In this document: piece by piece, positions 28,503 through 37,610 of the stretch
How positions within the stretch are numbered: position 1 is the first letter of the stretch
Layout of the letters: each line of letters opens with the position of its first letter
Assembly (NCBI GenBank): GCA_033763775.1
Contig: JANRJW010000004.1
Span: 8,755-72,754 of the forward strand
Reading direction: 5' to 3'
Source of the DNA: Alphaproteobacteria bacterium
Lineage (GTDB): Bacteria; Pseudomonadota; Alphaproteobacteria; Rickettsiales; SXRF01
DNA: 64,000 bases
Notes under the pieces: generated by a model
The model's database searches: none
Seen by the model: only the letters and a program-made list of their open reading frames with translations
Told to the model about the DNA's origin: nothing
Made by a program: the position numbers and the translations under genes

Positions 28503-30308
28503 ATGCCCAGGGAGAATGATAAGCAACGCATTTTTTCCAGGCGCGCGCTGATTCTTGGTGGTTTGCAGGGCGCTGCATTTTCTATTCTGGCCGGGCGGTT
28601 GTTTTACCTTCAGTTCATGAGGGCGGATGAGTATAAAACGCAGGCGGAAAATAACCGGATTAAACTTCAGCTCATTACGCCGGAGCGTGGCCAGATCCTC
28701 GATCGCTTTGGTCTGCCGCTGGCAACGAATGAAAAGAATTTCCGTCTGTTTATTGACTACAGCACGCTGAAGCAGAAAGATTTTATCGCCAGTGTGGAAA
28801 TGCTGCAGACCATGCTGCCGCTGCCGGAAAAACGCTACAAACAATTGTTGAAGACACGCGTCAGCACGGCCTCTATGCCCGAATTGCTGCATGAGCACCT
28901 CAGCTGGCAGCAGGTGTCGATGATTGAGCTGAATCTGCTGTCGCTACCGGGTATGTATGTGGATATTGGGCAGGTGCGCCACTATCCGCTGAAGGATGAG
29001 GCGGCGCATCTACTTGGCTATGTGGGTGCGGTATCGGAAGATGACTTATCGCCGGACGACCCGCCGCTGATGCGTCTGCCTGATTTTAAAATCGGTAAAA
29101 ACGGCGTGGAAAAAATGCTGGAAGACGAGTTGCGCGGCACTGCCGGCATACGCCAGCTGGAGGTGAATGTGCGCGGTGTGCCGGTGCGCGAGGTGAGCAA
29201 CCGCGAAAGCGTGCCGGGCAAGAATATTCGTCTGACGATTGATCGCCAGCTGCAGGATTATATTGCTGACTATGTGAAGGAGGAGAGTGCCTCGGCCGTG
29301 GTGATGGAGGTGGATACGGGCAATGTGCTGGCGCTGGTCTCCATGCCGGCATTTGATCCGAACAGCTTCAGTGTCGGTATTTCCAGCGATGAATGGGACG
29401 CACTCAATAAAAACAAAAAGAATCCACTCATGAACAAGGCGATTACCGGTCAATACCCGCCGGGATCCACCTTCAAAATGCTGGTCGGGATGGCGGGCAT
29501 TGAATCCGGTATGTTCAATACGGCTTCGAGTGTTTTTTGTCCGGGGCATTTCATGCTGGGGGATCACCGCTTTAATTGCTGGAAACCGGAAGGCCATGGC
29601 ACGGTGAATTTTCATGATGCGGTGGTGCAGTCCTGCGATACCTATTTTTATACGGTGGCGCAGCGCATCGGCATTGAACGCTATGCGGAAGTAGCGCGGC
29701 GATTTGGTCTGGGTCAGCTCTATAATATCGGGCTGATAGGTGAAAAAGCGGGCATTATTCCGGACCCCGAATGGAAAATGAAACGCTTCAAACAGCGCTG
29801 GACGGGCGGGGATACCATTAACTGCTCCATCGGTCAGGGGTTTGTGCTTTCAACCCCGTTGCAGCTGGCCACCATGACAGCGCGTATGTGTAGCGGACGA
29901 CAGGTGGTGCCGCGCCTTTATGTTCCTGACGATGCGCGGCCAGTTAATTTTGATCCCATCGCTATCAAGGAATCGCTGCTGAGAGTTAATCTCGAATCGA
30001 TGATTGATGTGGTCAATAGCGAAATGGGTACCGCCTTTGGCAAGCGCATCATGGAGCCGCGCTTTGCGTTTGGTGGCAAGACTGGCACGTCACAGGTGCG
30101 GCGCATTACGCAGCGCGGGGTGGATCAGAAAACCATCCCATGGGAGCAACGCCACCATGCGCTGTTTGTTGGTTTTGCGCCGGTAGACAAACCGAAATAT
30201 GCCTGCTGTGTCGTGGTGGAACATGGCGGCGGCGGATCAGCGGCTGCTGCGCCGGTTGCTCGTGATATTCTGCTCAAAATCCAGCAGCTTGATGAGGCAA
30301 GAAGCTAA
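28503..30308 (+). CDS. mrdA: penicillin-binding protein 2 (elongasome transpeptidase)
   Basis: 601 aa. RG.I.DR N-terminal pattern (ERGQILDRFG) and SxxK as PPGSTFK. Follows mreD. Confidence 0.92.
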   Translation: MPRENDKQRIFSRRALILGGLQGAAFSILAGRLFYLQFMRADEYKTQAENNRIKLQLITPERGQILDRFGLPLATNEKNFRLFIDYSTLKQKDFIASVEMLQTMLPLPEKRYKQLLKTRVSTASMPELLHEHLSWQQVSMIELNLLSLPGMYVDIGQVRHYPLKDEAAHLLGYVGAVSEDDLSPDDPPLMRLPDFKIGKNGVEKMLEDELRGTAGIRQLEVNVRGVPVREVSNRESVPGKNIRLTIDRQLQDYIADYVKEESASAVVMEVDTGNVLALVSMPAFDPNSFSVGISSDEWDALNKNKKNPLMNKAITGQYPPGSTFKMLVGMAGIESGMFNTASSVFCPGHFMLGDHRFNCWKPEGHGTVNFHDAVVQSCDTYFYTVAQRIGIERYAEVARRFGLGQLYNIGLIGEKAGIIPDPEWKMKRFKQRWTGGDTINCSIGQGFVLSTPLQLATMTARMCSGRQVVPRLYVPDDARPVNFDPIAIKESLLRVNLESMIDVVNSEMGTAFGKRIMEPRFAFGGKTGTSQVRRITQRGVDQKTIPWEQRHHALFVGFAPVDKPKYACCVVVEHGGGGSAAAAPVARDILLKIQQLDEARS

Positions 30309-30310
30309 GC

Positions 30311-30727
30311 TTATTCCTCGTCAATATATTGCTTTTCCATCTTTTCATGGCGTTCCTGCGCCTCGATGGTCATGGTGGCAATCGGTCGTGCTTCCAGGCG
30401 TTTAAGGCCAATTGGATCGCCGGTTTCTTCGCAATAGCCATAGGTACCATCATCTATGCGCTTCAGCGCGGCATCGATTTTGCCGATTAATTTTAAATAG
30501 CGGTTGCGGGTGCGTAGTTCAACGCCGGCTTCGGTTTCAAGCGAAGCACGGTCAGACAGATCAGGCTCGCGCCAGTTTTCTTCCTTGAGGTTGTTGATGG
30601 TTTCCTGCGATTCGGCTAGCAATTCATCGCGCCATGCCGTCAGTTTCTGGCGGAAATATTCCAGCTGCTTGGCACTCATGTATTTTTCATCGGCGGTGGG
30701 TTTGTAGCCCTTGGGAAGTTTGGTCAT
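30311..30727 (-). CDS. dksA: RNA polymerase-binding regulator DksA
   Basis: Coiled-coil with DLSDRASLETE acidic tip. The C-terminal region has a single Cys (GYCEETGDPI), i.e. not the 4-Cys zinc finger. ATG at 30727 with AGAGG upstream. Confidence 0.88.
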   Translation of the reverse strand: MTKLPKGYKPTADEKYMSAKQLEYFRQKLTAWRDELLAESQETINNLKEENWREPDLSDRASLETEAGVELRTRNRYLKLIGKIDAALKRIDDGTYGYCEETGDPIGLKRLEARPIATMTIEAQERHEKMEKQYIDEE

Positions 30728-30837
30728 CGCACACCTCTTCAATGGTTTGATGGTTGTTTAGGATGATTGGTTAAAATTTTTACCCTGTTATCGAAGGAAA
30801 GCGTGTATAGCGCCAGAGCATTTAAAAAGCAACCCGT

Positions 30838-31296
30838 TTAACCTTTTGTCTGGTCAGCCTGTGCTTTGGCTGCCATTTCCAGCTTGGCCTGCTCTACGGC
30901 GGCGCGCAGTTCAATATCATCGAGCAGTGCCAGCAGTGCGGGATCGCTTGCCGTGGCGCGATGGCTGGCAAGTTCGCTGCTAAGACTACTTAGTGTGCTG
31001 AGCGTCACCTGCCCAAGCAGCAGCTGCTGACGTAGCATATCCAGCTTATCCAGCAGGTTTTGCCCGCGTGTCAGCAGCTGGCGGCGCTGCACCTCATCGT
31101 CCGAAACCTCCTGCAGCGCCAGCATGGTGTGCACATCAGCGGTGGGGGTAATGTCACTTAGGCTTGCGGGTGCGTCGGCGCCGGAATCCAGCGCGCTGAG
31201 AACATCCGCGAAGCTGCTGCCCGAGGCGCTGGCGGCGCGGGCGCGGCGGCGTATTTCGGCGGCAGTTTTAATCGGGTTGGAATCACTGATACGCAT
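30838..31296 (-). CDS. fliX: flagellar assembly regulator FliX
   Basis: MRISDSNPIKTAAEIRRRARAA...LLALQEVSDDEVQRRQLLTRGQNLLDKLDMLRQQLLLG...DPALLALLDDIELRAAVEQAKL matches the alphaproteobacterial FliX pattern. Divergent from flgI, as in Caulobacter. Confidence 0.8.
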   Translation of the reverse strand: MRISDSNPIKTAAEIRRRARAASASGSSFADVLSALDSGADAPASLSDITPTADVHTMLALQEVSDDEVQRRQLLTRGQNLLDKLDMLRQQLLLGQVTLSTLSSLSSELASHRATASDPALLALLDDIELRAAVEQAKLEMAAKAQADQTKG

Positions 31297-31428
31297 GAAA
31301 ACATCATAGTCCAAGCCGAGGCATGACGTAAAGCGGCATGAGCAGATGTGGTGAAGGCTGCTGTGGCAGCTTTTACCTACTCTACTATTAAAGGCCATTT
31401 TTATTTATACAAAACAACAACCTAACTT

Positions 31429-31444
31429 TGGCACGGCTTTCGCA
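31429..31444 (+). promoter_or_regulatory. sigma-54 promoter upstream of flgI
   Basis: tggcacggctttcgca versus consensus TGGCACG-N4-TTGCW, with correct GG/GC spacing, 32 nt before the flgI ATG. A 20-bp palindrome aaggctgctgtggcagcttt at 31354-31373 could be an activator site. Confidence 0.75.
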
Positions 31445-31475
31445 TGGTGGATGGTGATGATTTCAAGGGGAATGT

Positions 31476-32612
31476 ATGACTGCATCGACTGGACTTAAAC
31501 CTTTCTCGTTGCTTTTGGCCGTGTGGGTGGCGGTTGCCAGCCTGCCAATGCCGGCTCGGGCGGAGGCGCGCATCAAGGATATTGCGACATTTGAAGGCAT
31601 TCGTGAGAACATGCTGATGGGCTATGGCCTGGTGGTGGGGCTGAAAGCTACCGGCGATAATCTTAAAAACAACGCCTTCACCGAGCAGAGTTTAGTAGCG
31701 TTTCTGGAGCGCCAGGGGGTGAATACACGTGGTACTGAGCTGAAAAGCAAAAATGTGGCTGCGGTGACCGTTACTGCGATGCTCCCGCCCTTTTCACGCA
31801 GCGGCAATAAAATCGATGTGACAGTGAGCGCGATGGGCGATGCCAAGGATTTAACTGGCGGCACACTGCTTGCCACGCCGCTTTATGGTGCGGATGGTGA
31901 GGTGTATGCGGTGGCGCAGGGGTCGATTTCCATTGGTGGTTTTCAGGCGGGTGAGGGCGCAACTACGATTACAAAAGGCGTGCCCACTTCGGGGATTATT
32001 GCCAGCGGGGCGATTGTGGAAAAAGAAATTGAATTTGCTCTCAATTCACTGCCTGAGCTGAAAATTTCGCTGAGAAACCCTGATATCACCACAGCCAAGC
32101 ACGTCGCGGAGGCGATTAACAATAATATTGGGCCGGGTATTGCCATGGTTGCTGATCCGGGCACGGTTCAGATCGCTGTGCCGCCTGCCTATCTCGGCAA
32201 CAACACCCAGCTGCTTGCCGAGGTGGAAAAGCTGACGGTGCCAACCGATCAGGTGGCGCGGATTGTGATTGATGAAGCATCCGGCACCATCGTCATGGGC
32301 GAGAATGTGAAAATTGATACGGTGGCGGTGGCGCAGGGCAACCTGATTGTCAAAATTGAAGCCACCCAGCAGGTTTCGCAGCCGGGTGTGCTGGCACCGG
32401 TTGGTGCCGAGACCGTTACTACACAGCAAACGGCTGTGACGGTTGAAGAAGCTGGCCCGGGCAAGAAAATGGCGGTGCTGGAAGGTGGTGCGACGCTTAA
32501 GGATCTGGTTGCCGGCCTCAATGCGCTTGGTGTTTCGCCGCGTGACCTGATCACGATTCTGCAGACCATCAAAGCCGCCGGCGCGCTGCAGGCGGAAATT
32601 CAGACGAGGTAA
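31476..32612 (+). CDS. flgI: flagellar P-ring protein FlgI
   Basis: 378 aa. Signal peptide, then RIKDIATFEGIRENMLMGYGLVVGLKATGD. Confidence 0.97.
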   Translation: MTASTGLKPFSLLLAVWVAVASLPMPARAEARIKDIATFEGIRENMLMGYGLVVGLKATGDNLKNNAFTEQSLVAFLERQGVNTRGTELKSKNVAAVTVTAMLPPFSRSGNKIDVTVSAMGDAKDLTGGTLLATPLYGADGEVYAVAQGSISIGGFQAGEGATTITKGVPTSGIIASGAIVEKEIEFALNSLPELKISLRNPDITTAKHVAEAINNNIGPGIAMVADPGTVQIAVPPAYLGNNTQLLAEVEKLTVPTDQVARIVIDEASGTIVMGENVKIDTVAVAQGNLIVKIEATQQVSQPGVLAPVGAETVTTQQTAVTVEEAGPGKKMAVLEGGATLKDLVAGLNALGVSPRDLITILQTIKAAGALQAEIQTR

Positions 32613-32616
32613 TGCA

Positions 32617-32958
32617 ATGATGATCTCAGGTGTGGATGCGGCGCAGGCCATGGCAGGTATCGCGGGAAGGCAGCAGCCGGCGGAGCTTTCGCCGCTGGGG
32701 CTTAAAGCGCGCGCATCGCGCATGACCAACGAACAGATTGATAAGACAGCCAAAGATTTTGAATCGATGTTTCTATCACAGATGCTTGAGCAGATGTTTG
32801 GAGAATCGGTCGGTAGTGAACTGTTTGGTGATGAGCAGACCAGCGAGATTTATAAAGGGTTGGTGGTGGAGCAGTATGGCAAGGAAATCGCCCGCTCCGG
32901 TGGCATAGGAATTGCAGACTACGTAAGGAAAGAACTACTCAGATTGCAGGAGGTGTAG
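32617..32958 (+). CDS. flgJ: rod-binding protein (FlgJ N-terminal-domain-like, no muramidase domain)
   Basis: 113 aa. AKDFESMFLSQMLEQMF is the rod-binding domain signature. Confidence 0.8.
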   Translation: MMISGVDAAQAMAGIAGRQQPAELSPLGLKARASRMTNEQIDKTAKDFESMFLSQMLEQMFGESVGSELFGDEQTSEIYKGLVVEQYGKEIARSGGIGIADYVRKELLRLQEV

Positions 32959-32959
32959 C

Positions 32960-33424
32960 ATGAGTACCAGAACCGATATGAGCATGGAAACAACGCCGGG
33001 CGTTCAGCTGGATGTGCGGGCGATTATCACTGTTACGGCGCGTCTCGCGCAGCTGCTGGCAGAAGAGGTGGATCTGCTCAGCGATATGAAAGTATCGAAA
33101 ATTGAGCACCTGCAGAACGAAAAAATCTTTTTGACCAATGCACTCGAAGCGCAAAAGAAACTGATTGATCGCAATCCGCACATGCTCGAGACCATTCCCT
33201 CGCAGGATCGCAGCGATCTTGAGCAGGTGGTCGAGGTATTCAGCGGTATTCTCGAGGAGAATCATCGCAAGCTGCTGCTGGCCAAAGAAATCAACCACAA
33301 AATTGTTCAGGCTATTACCAGTGTGGTGAAAGAAAACACCCAGAGCAAAGTGTATGACGATCGCGGCATCAAGGACATCGCGCCGTATGAGTCGCTTTCT
33401 GTCACACTGAACCAAACCATCTGA
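32960..33424 (+). CDS. putative FlgN-like flagellar export chaperone
   Basis: 154 aa. Helical, LAQLLAEEVDLLSDMKVSKIEHLQNEKIFL resembles FlgN. AGGAGG Shine-Dalgarno. Immediately precedes flgK-flgL, the FlgN clients. Confidence 0.45.
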   Translation: MSTRTDMSMETTPGVQLDVRAIITVTARLAQLLAEEVDLLSDMKVSKIEHLQNEKIFLTNALEAQKKLIDRNPHMLETIPSQDRSDLEQVVEVFSGILEENHRKLLLAKEINHKIVQAITSVVKENTQSKVYDDRGIKDIAPYESLSVTLNQTI

Positions 33425-33441
33425 AGCGGGTGTAAGCGGCT

Positions 33442-36159
33442 ATGACCCTCTCTCTTGCGCTGAATAATGCCTTAAGTGGCCTTAACGTCAACCAGCAATC
33501 GCTATCGGTGTTGTCGCAGAACATTGCCAATGCCAATACGCAGGGCTACACGCGCAAGGTGATCAATCAGGCGGCGCTCTATCTTGATGGCCGCGGCGCC
33601 GGAGTCAGCATTGAATCAGTTTCGCGTAAGGTGGATGACTATCTGCTGCGCTCCATTCGTCTGCAGGGGAGTGTGGTGGGGCGCGGTGAGGTATATTCGG
33701 ACTATGCGGATCGCACCCAGTTGCTGCTAGGCAGGCCTGGTAGCCAGAACAGTCTGCCGAGTTTTGTGGGTAATTTTTTTAACTCCATTCAAACGCTGGC
33801 ACAAACACCGGAAAACACCACACTACGCGTTGGTGCGGTCAATAGCGCTACGGCGATGACGCGTGAAATCCGTACCTTGTCGCAATCACTGCAGGATATG
33901 CGGCTGGAGGCGGAAAATGACATTGTGCAGTCGATTAACGTTATCAATGCTACGTTGCGTGATCTCAAGGCGCTCAATGCCACGATTGTTAATGATTCGC
34001 AGCTTGGCAAAAATGTCGGCGAATTGCTCGACCGCCGCGACCGAGCGCTTGCTACACTTTCTGAATATCTCGATATCGGCACCTATCAACAGGCGAATGG
34101 GCAGATCAATATCTTCACCAGCAGCGGTGCCAGCCTGCTGGATGATAATGTGTATCAAATCAGCTATCTACCGCAATCCTCAACCACGGCCTTCATTAAC
34201 GATTCGGTCAAGGCGCCGATTAATATTTTTCGTGTGAATGATAGCGGCCAGCTGACTGGTAACCCTGTGCAGCTGGTTTCTGGCGGCAGAAGCGCGCAGG
34301 TAACCAGTGGACTGGTAGGCGGCAAGCTGCGCGGTCTTATTGATATGCGCGATAAGCAGCTGCCGAATCTGCTGGCGCAGCTGGATGTGGTGGCGTCTAA
34401 CCTGCGCGATGAGTTTAACCGCGTGCATAATAGCGGCGTAGGTTTTCCTGGCGCTAATAGCTATACCGGTGCACGTCAGGTGAATGCTGGCAGTTTCAGC
34501 CAGTGGAATGGCCAGATGCGCATGGCGCTGATGGATGGTACGGGGCGTCCGATCCCATCATCCTACCCGGATGAAACTTCTGGCGTGCGTCCGTTGCTGC
34601 TGGATTTCACCAAGCTGAATACTGGCAGTGGCGCGGGCTTTCCGACAATTCAAGGCATCATTGACGAAATCAACCAATATTACGGGCCACCGCAGAACAA
34701 GGCGGTGGTAGGCAATCTTAATAATATCCGTCTGGCTTCCAACAGCACGATACTGCCCGGAAGCCCGCCGCAGTTTAATTTTGATTTCGACCTTGAGAAT
34801 ATCTCCGGTAGCAGCTCGAATTTTTTTGTCACCGGTGTTCAGGTGCTCGATAATGCCGGCACGGATATCACCAACGTATCGCAAACCATTCCGCAGGTGG
34901 ATTTAACTGGCACCGGCACCTATACCACGACCGCCGGCAGCAGCACCGTCACCGTGCGTGCTGCAGCAAATCACGGCTTTACCAACGGCCAGACGATCTA
35001 TCTCTCAACACCGCCGGGCAGTGTTGGCGGTATTCCTGGGGCGCAGCTGGGGGGATTTTTCACCATCAGTAATGTGACCTCCGATACGTTCGAGATCACC
35101 GCAGGCACGCTCGCTACGTCCAGTGGCCCTGTCGATGTCGTCGGACAGAACGCGAAGCCACCTTACAAGGAAGTTGCGGCAGGTGAATATGGCCGCACAA
35201 CGGATCGCGGCACCATTACCGCCAATCTTGCTGGTAATCCTAACGCGCTGTTTTACACCGTGCGTGTGAATGTGGCGGTGAAAGATGCGGCGGGCAACAT
35301 GACCACCTCGCAGATCAGCTATCAGGTGGATAATAACCAGCCGAACCTGCGCAACCGACGCTACTCCACCAATGGTGTCAGCGGTGGTGGACAGCTCGTG
35401 GCACCAACAAACTTTCGGCCGCTTGCGCGCGCCATGCTGGTGGATGAAAACGGTGTTGAGTTGCCGAAAGTCAACGGTCAGTACACAACGCAGCAAAATG
35501 GTTTTCTCCGCCTCGTGGCAGATAACCCAGACGTTTCAATCGGCATTGATAGTTTAAACAGTGCCGAAAATGGCAGCCCGAACAGCAGCCCGCCGGTCGC
35601 AGGCACGGGTAGAGGGTTTTCTTATTTCTTTGAGCTGAATAACTTCTTCCGTCATTTTGACACGAATGGCGACAGCGTTACCAATGCCGCACTTAATCTG
35701 GATATTGAGGAGCGCATCGCACGCAATCCCAACTTGATTTCGCTTGGTCAGCTACGTCAGAGCCCGCGCCCGGCGGATCCGAATCAGGCGCCGCTTTACA
35801 CCTATGAGCGCAATATCGGCGATAATAGCATCATTCAGCAGCTGGCAGGGATTTCCAGCAAGATTATCCGCTTTCAGGCGGCGGGCGGGCTGGGTGAATC
35901 GTCCACCACCTTTGGCAGCTATAGCGGTGCGATTATCGGATCAGCAGCGACAACCGCCTCATCCGCGGAGGCGGATTTAAAAAATGCCAAGGCACTGATG
36001 TCTGGCTTCAGCGATCGGTCTGATTCGATCAGTGGGGTGAATCTCGATGAGGAACTCGCCAATACAGTGATTTATCAGAATGCCTACACCGCCTCCACCC
36101 GGGTGATTACGGTGGTGAGCGAATTATTCGATGCGCTTTTGAATACGTTTGGAAGATAG
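33442..36159 (+). CDS. flgK: flagellar hook-associated protein 1 FlgK (long form, 905 aa)
   Basis: N-terminus LNNALSGLNVNQQSLSVLSQNIANANTQGYTR and C-terminus GVNLDEELANTVIYQNAYTASTRVITVVSELFDALLN. Confidence 0.95.
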   Translation: MTLSLALNNALSGLNVNQQSLSVLSQNIANANTQGYTRKVINQAALYLDGRGAGVSIESVSRKVDDYLLRSIRLQGSVVGRGEVYSDYADRTQLLLGRPGSQNSLPSFVGNFFNSIQTLAQTPENTTLRVGAVNSATAMTREIRTLSQSLQDMRLEAENDIVQSINVINATLRDLKALNATIVNDSQLGKNVGELLDRRDRALATLSEYLDIGTYQQANGQINIFTSSGASLLDDNVYQISYLPQSSTTAFINDSVKAPINIFRVNDSGQLTGNPVQLVSGGRSAQVTSGLVGGKLRGLIDMRDKQLPNLLAQLDVVASNLRDEFNRVHNSGVGFPGANSYTGARQVNAGSFSQWNGQMRMALMDGTGRPIPSSYPDETSGVRPLLLDFTKLNTGSGAGFPTIQGIIDEINQYYGPPQNKAVVGNLNNIRLASNSTILPGSPPQFNFDFDLENISGSSSNFFVTGVQVLDNAGTDITNVSQTIPQVDLTGTGTYTTTAGSSTVTVRAAANHGFTNGQTIYLSTPPGSVGGIPGAQLGGFFTISNVTSDTFEITAGTLATSSGPVDVVGQNAKPPYKEVAAGEYGRTTDRGTITANLAGNPNALFYTVRVNVAVKDAAGNMTTSQISYQVDNNQPNLRNRRYSTNGVSGGGQLVAPTNFRPLARAMLVDENGVELPKVNGQYTTQQNGFLRLVADNPDVSIGIDSLNSAENGSPNSSPPVAGTGRGFSYFFELNNFFRHFDTNGDSVTNAALNLDIEERIARNPNLISLGQLRQSPRPADPNQAPLYTYERNIGDNSIIQQLAGISSKIIRFQAAGGLGESSTTFGSYSGAIIGSAATTASSAEADLKNAKALMSGFSDRSDSISGVNLDEELANTVIYQNAYTASTRVITVVSELFDALLNTFGR

Positions 36160-36170
36160 TGAGGTGAGAG

Positions 36171-37082
36171 ATGAGTATTGGCCGCGTTAGTACTTTTGGG
36201 CTTCAGCAGACGACGCTTCGCGATGCGTCGCGTACGCAGGAGCAGCTTTCTCAGCTTCAGATACAGCTCTCGAGCGGTCTTAAAGCACAGACATTTGAGG
36301 GCATTGCCAACCAGACGGAGCAGTTTCTACAGCTCGATACGCGTATTTCCCGTACCAGACTTTTTACGGAGAATAATCGTGTGGCGATTACGCGCATGAG
36401 CACGACCGATAACGTGCTGAGCCAGTCGATTGAAACCGTGACCAGCCTCAAAAGCCTGATCATGCAGCGTCGCAACGGTGCGATAGCGGGCAATATGGCG
36501 TTTCCTGAACAGCTGGAGGGCATCTGGAAACGACTCTCGGCAGAACTTAATACCACGCTTGAAGGCCGCTATCTTTTCAGTGGCACGCGCACGGATGTCG
36601 CCCCGATTAAAAGCTCTCCTTTTCCAACATTGCGTGTCGATGGCGTACCGGATGATGGCTATTATAATGGCAGCAGCGATGATATGACCATCCGTGCGGA
36701 TGATAATATCGATATCACCTACAACGTGCGTGCCAACGAACCGGCATATCAAAAAGTTTTTGCAGCGCTTGCCATGGCAAAGAAAGGCCATGAAACCGAC
36801 AATCAGCAGGATCTGATTAAAGCCTTCGAGCTTGCCGATCAAGGGCTGAAAGAGGTGATATCCGTGCGTGCACGTGTCAGCTCTAACAAACTATCATTGG
36901 AACAGATTGTCGAGCGTCAGGACTCGCTGTCGCTTTACTGGAAAGGTGTGAAAGAAGAGATTTCTAACACCGATCTGGTGACGGTTTCCACCCAGGTGGC
37001 TGTCAATCAAGGAGTGCTGCAAGCGTCATTTCAGGCATTTGCACGAATTAATTCCTTGAGGCTCGTCGACTTTTTACGCTAA
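36171..37082 (+). CDS. flgL: flagellar hook-associated protein 3 FlgL
   Basis: 303 aa. Flagellin-like N-terminus (RVSTFGLQQTTLRDASRTQEQLSQLQIQLSSG) and C-terminus (QASFQAFARINSLRLVDFL). Confidence 0.9.
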   Translation: MSIGRVSTFGLQQTTLRDASRTQEQLSQLQIQLSSGLKAQTFEGIANQTEQFLQLDTRISRTRLFTENNRVAITRMSTTDNVLSQSIETVTSLKSLIMQRRNGAIAGNMAFPEQLEGIWKRLSAELNTTLEGRYLFSGTRTDVAPIKSSPFPTLRVDGVPDDGYYNGSSDDMTIRADDNIDITYNVRANEPAYQKVFAALAMAKKGHETDNQQDLIKAFELADQGLKEVISVRARVSSNKLSLEQIVERQDSLSLYWKGVKEEISNTDLVTVSTQVAVNQGVLQASFQAFARINSLRLVDFLR

Positions 37083-37099
37083 ATTAGAGGAGATATTTC

Positions 37100-37606
37100 A
37101 TGTTTTCATCAGCAGGGTATTACGGCATGCCAACACAACTTCCCATTTCCAGCGGTCAGGATGTCGCCGGCGCGCCTGCAGGCGTCATCAAATCGCGCTT
37201 TGGCGAGGTGGCGGTGGACCCAGCCAAAATTCTTTCATTTCCTCGTGGTCTGCTTGGCATGCCGGAGCGTTTTCAGTTTATTCTCACCAGCTTCCCCAGT
37301 GATAAAATGGCGCAGTTCAAACTGCTGCAATCAACCGAAGACGAGGCGCTCTCTTTCATCACTCTGCCGCTGGATCTGGATAACCCGATTATTGCGCGTG
37401 GTGATATTCTGCTTGCCTGCCGTGATCTTGGCATTGCCGAGCAGGATCTTGCGATGCTACTCATTGTTTCAGTGCATCGCACGCCGGATCAGGTGAAGCT
37501 TTCGGTGAATGCCCGCGCACCGCTGATGGTCGATGCGCAGCGCCGCCTCGGGGTGCAGCATGTATTTTCGAGTGATGACTACAAAGTCCAGCACATGCTT
37601 GGGTAG
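37100..37606 (+). CDS. fliW: flagellar assembly factor FliW
   Basis: 168 aa. SRFGEVAVDPAKILSFPRGLLGMPERFQFIL...FKLLQSTEDEALSFITL matches FliW/DUF180. GAGGAG Shine-Dalgarno. Confidence 0.88.
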   Translation: MFSSAGYYGMPTQLPISSGQDVAGAPAGVIKSRFGEVAVDPAKILSFPRGLLGMPERFQFILTSFPSDKMAQFKLLQSTEDEALSFITLPLDLDNPIIARGDILLACRDLGIAEQDLAMLLIVSVHRTPDQVKLSVNARAPLMVDAQRRLGVQHVFSSDDYKVQHMLG

Positions 37607-37610
37607 AGGC

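Noticed and set aside
30309-30837. Absence of rodA after mrdA, as evidence that the flagellar cluster was inserted into the mre-mrd operon.
   Set aside because: No rodA fragment or flanking repeat is visible at either end of the cluster. rodA may simply be encoded elsewhere, and this cannot be judged from one window.
37607-37610. Search for a csrA gene directly after fliW, and for small CsrA-like ORFs elsewhere in the window.
   Set aside because: Only 4 nt separate fliW from the next gene, and no ORF in the track resembles CsrA. I therefore make no csrA call, and the absence is noted under the findings.
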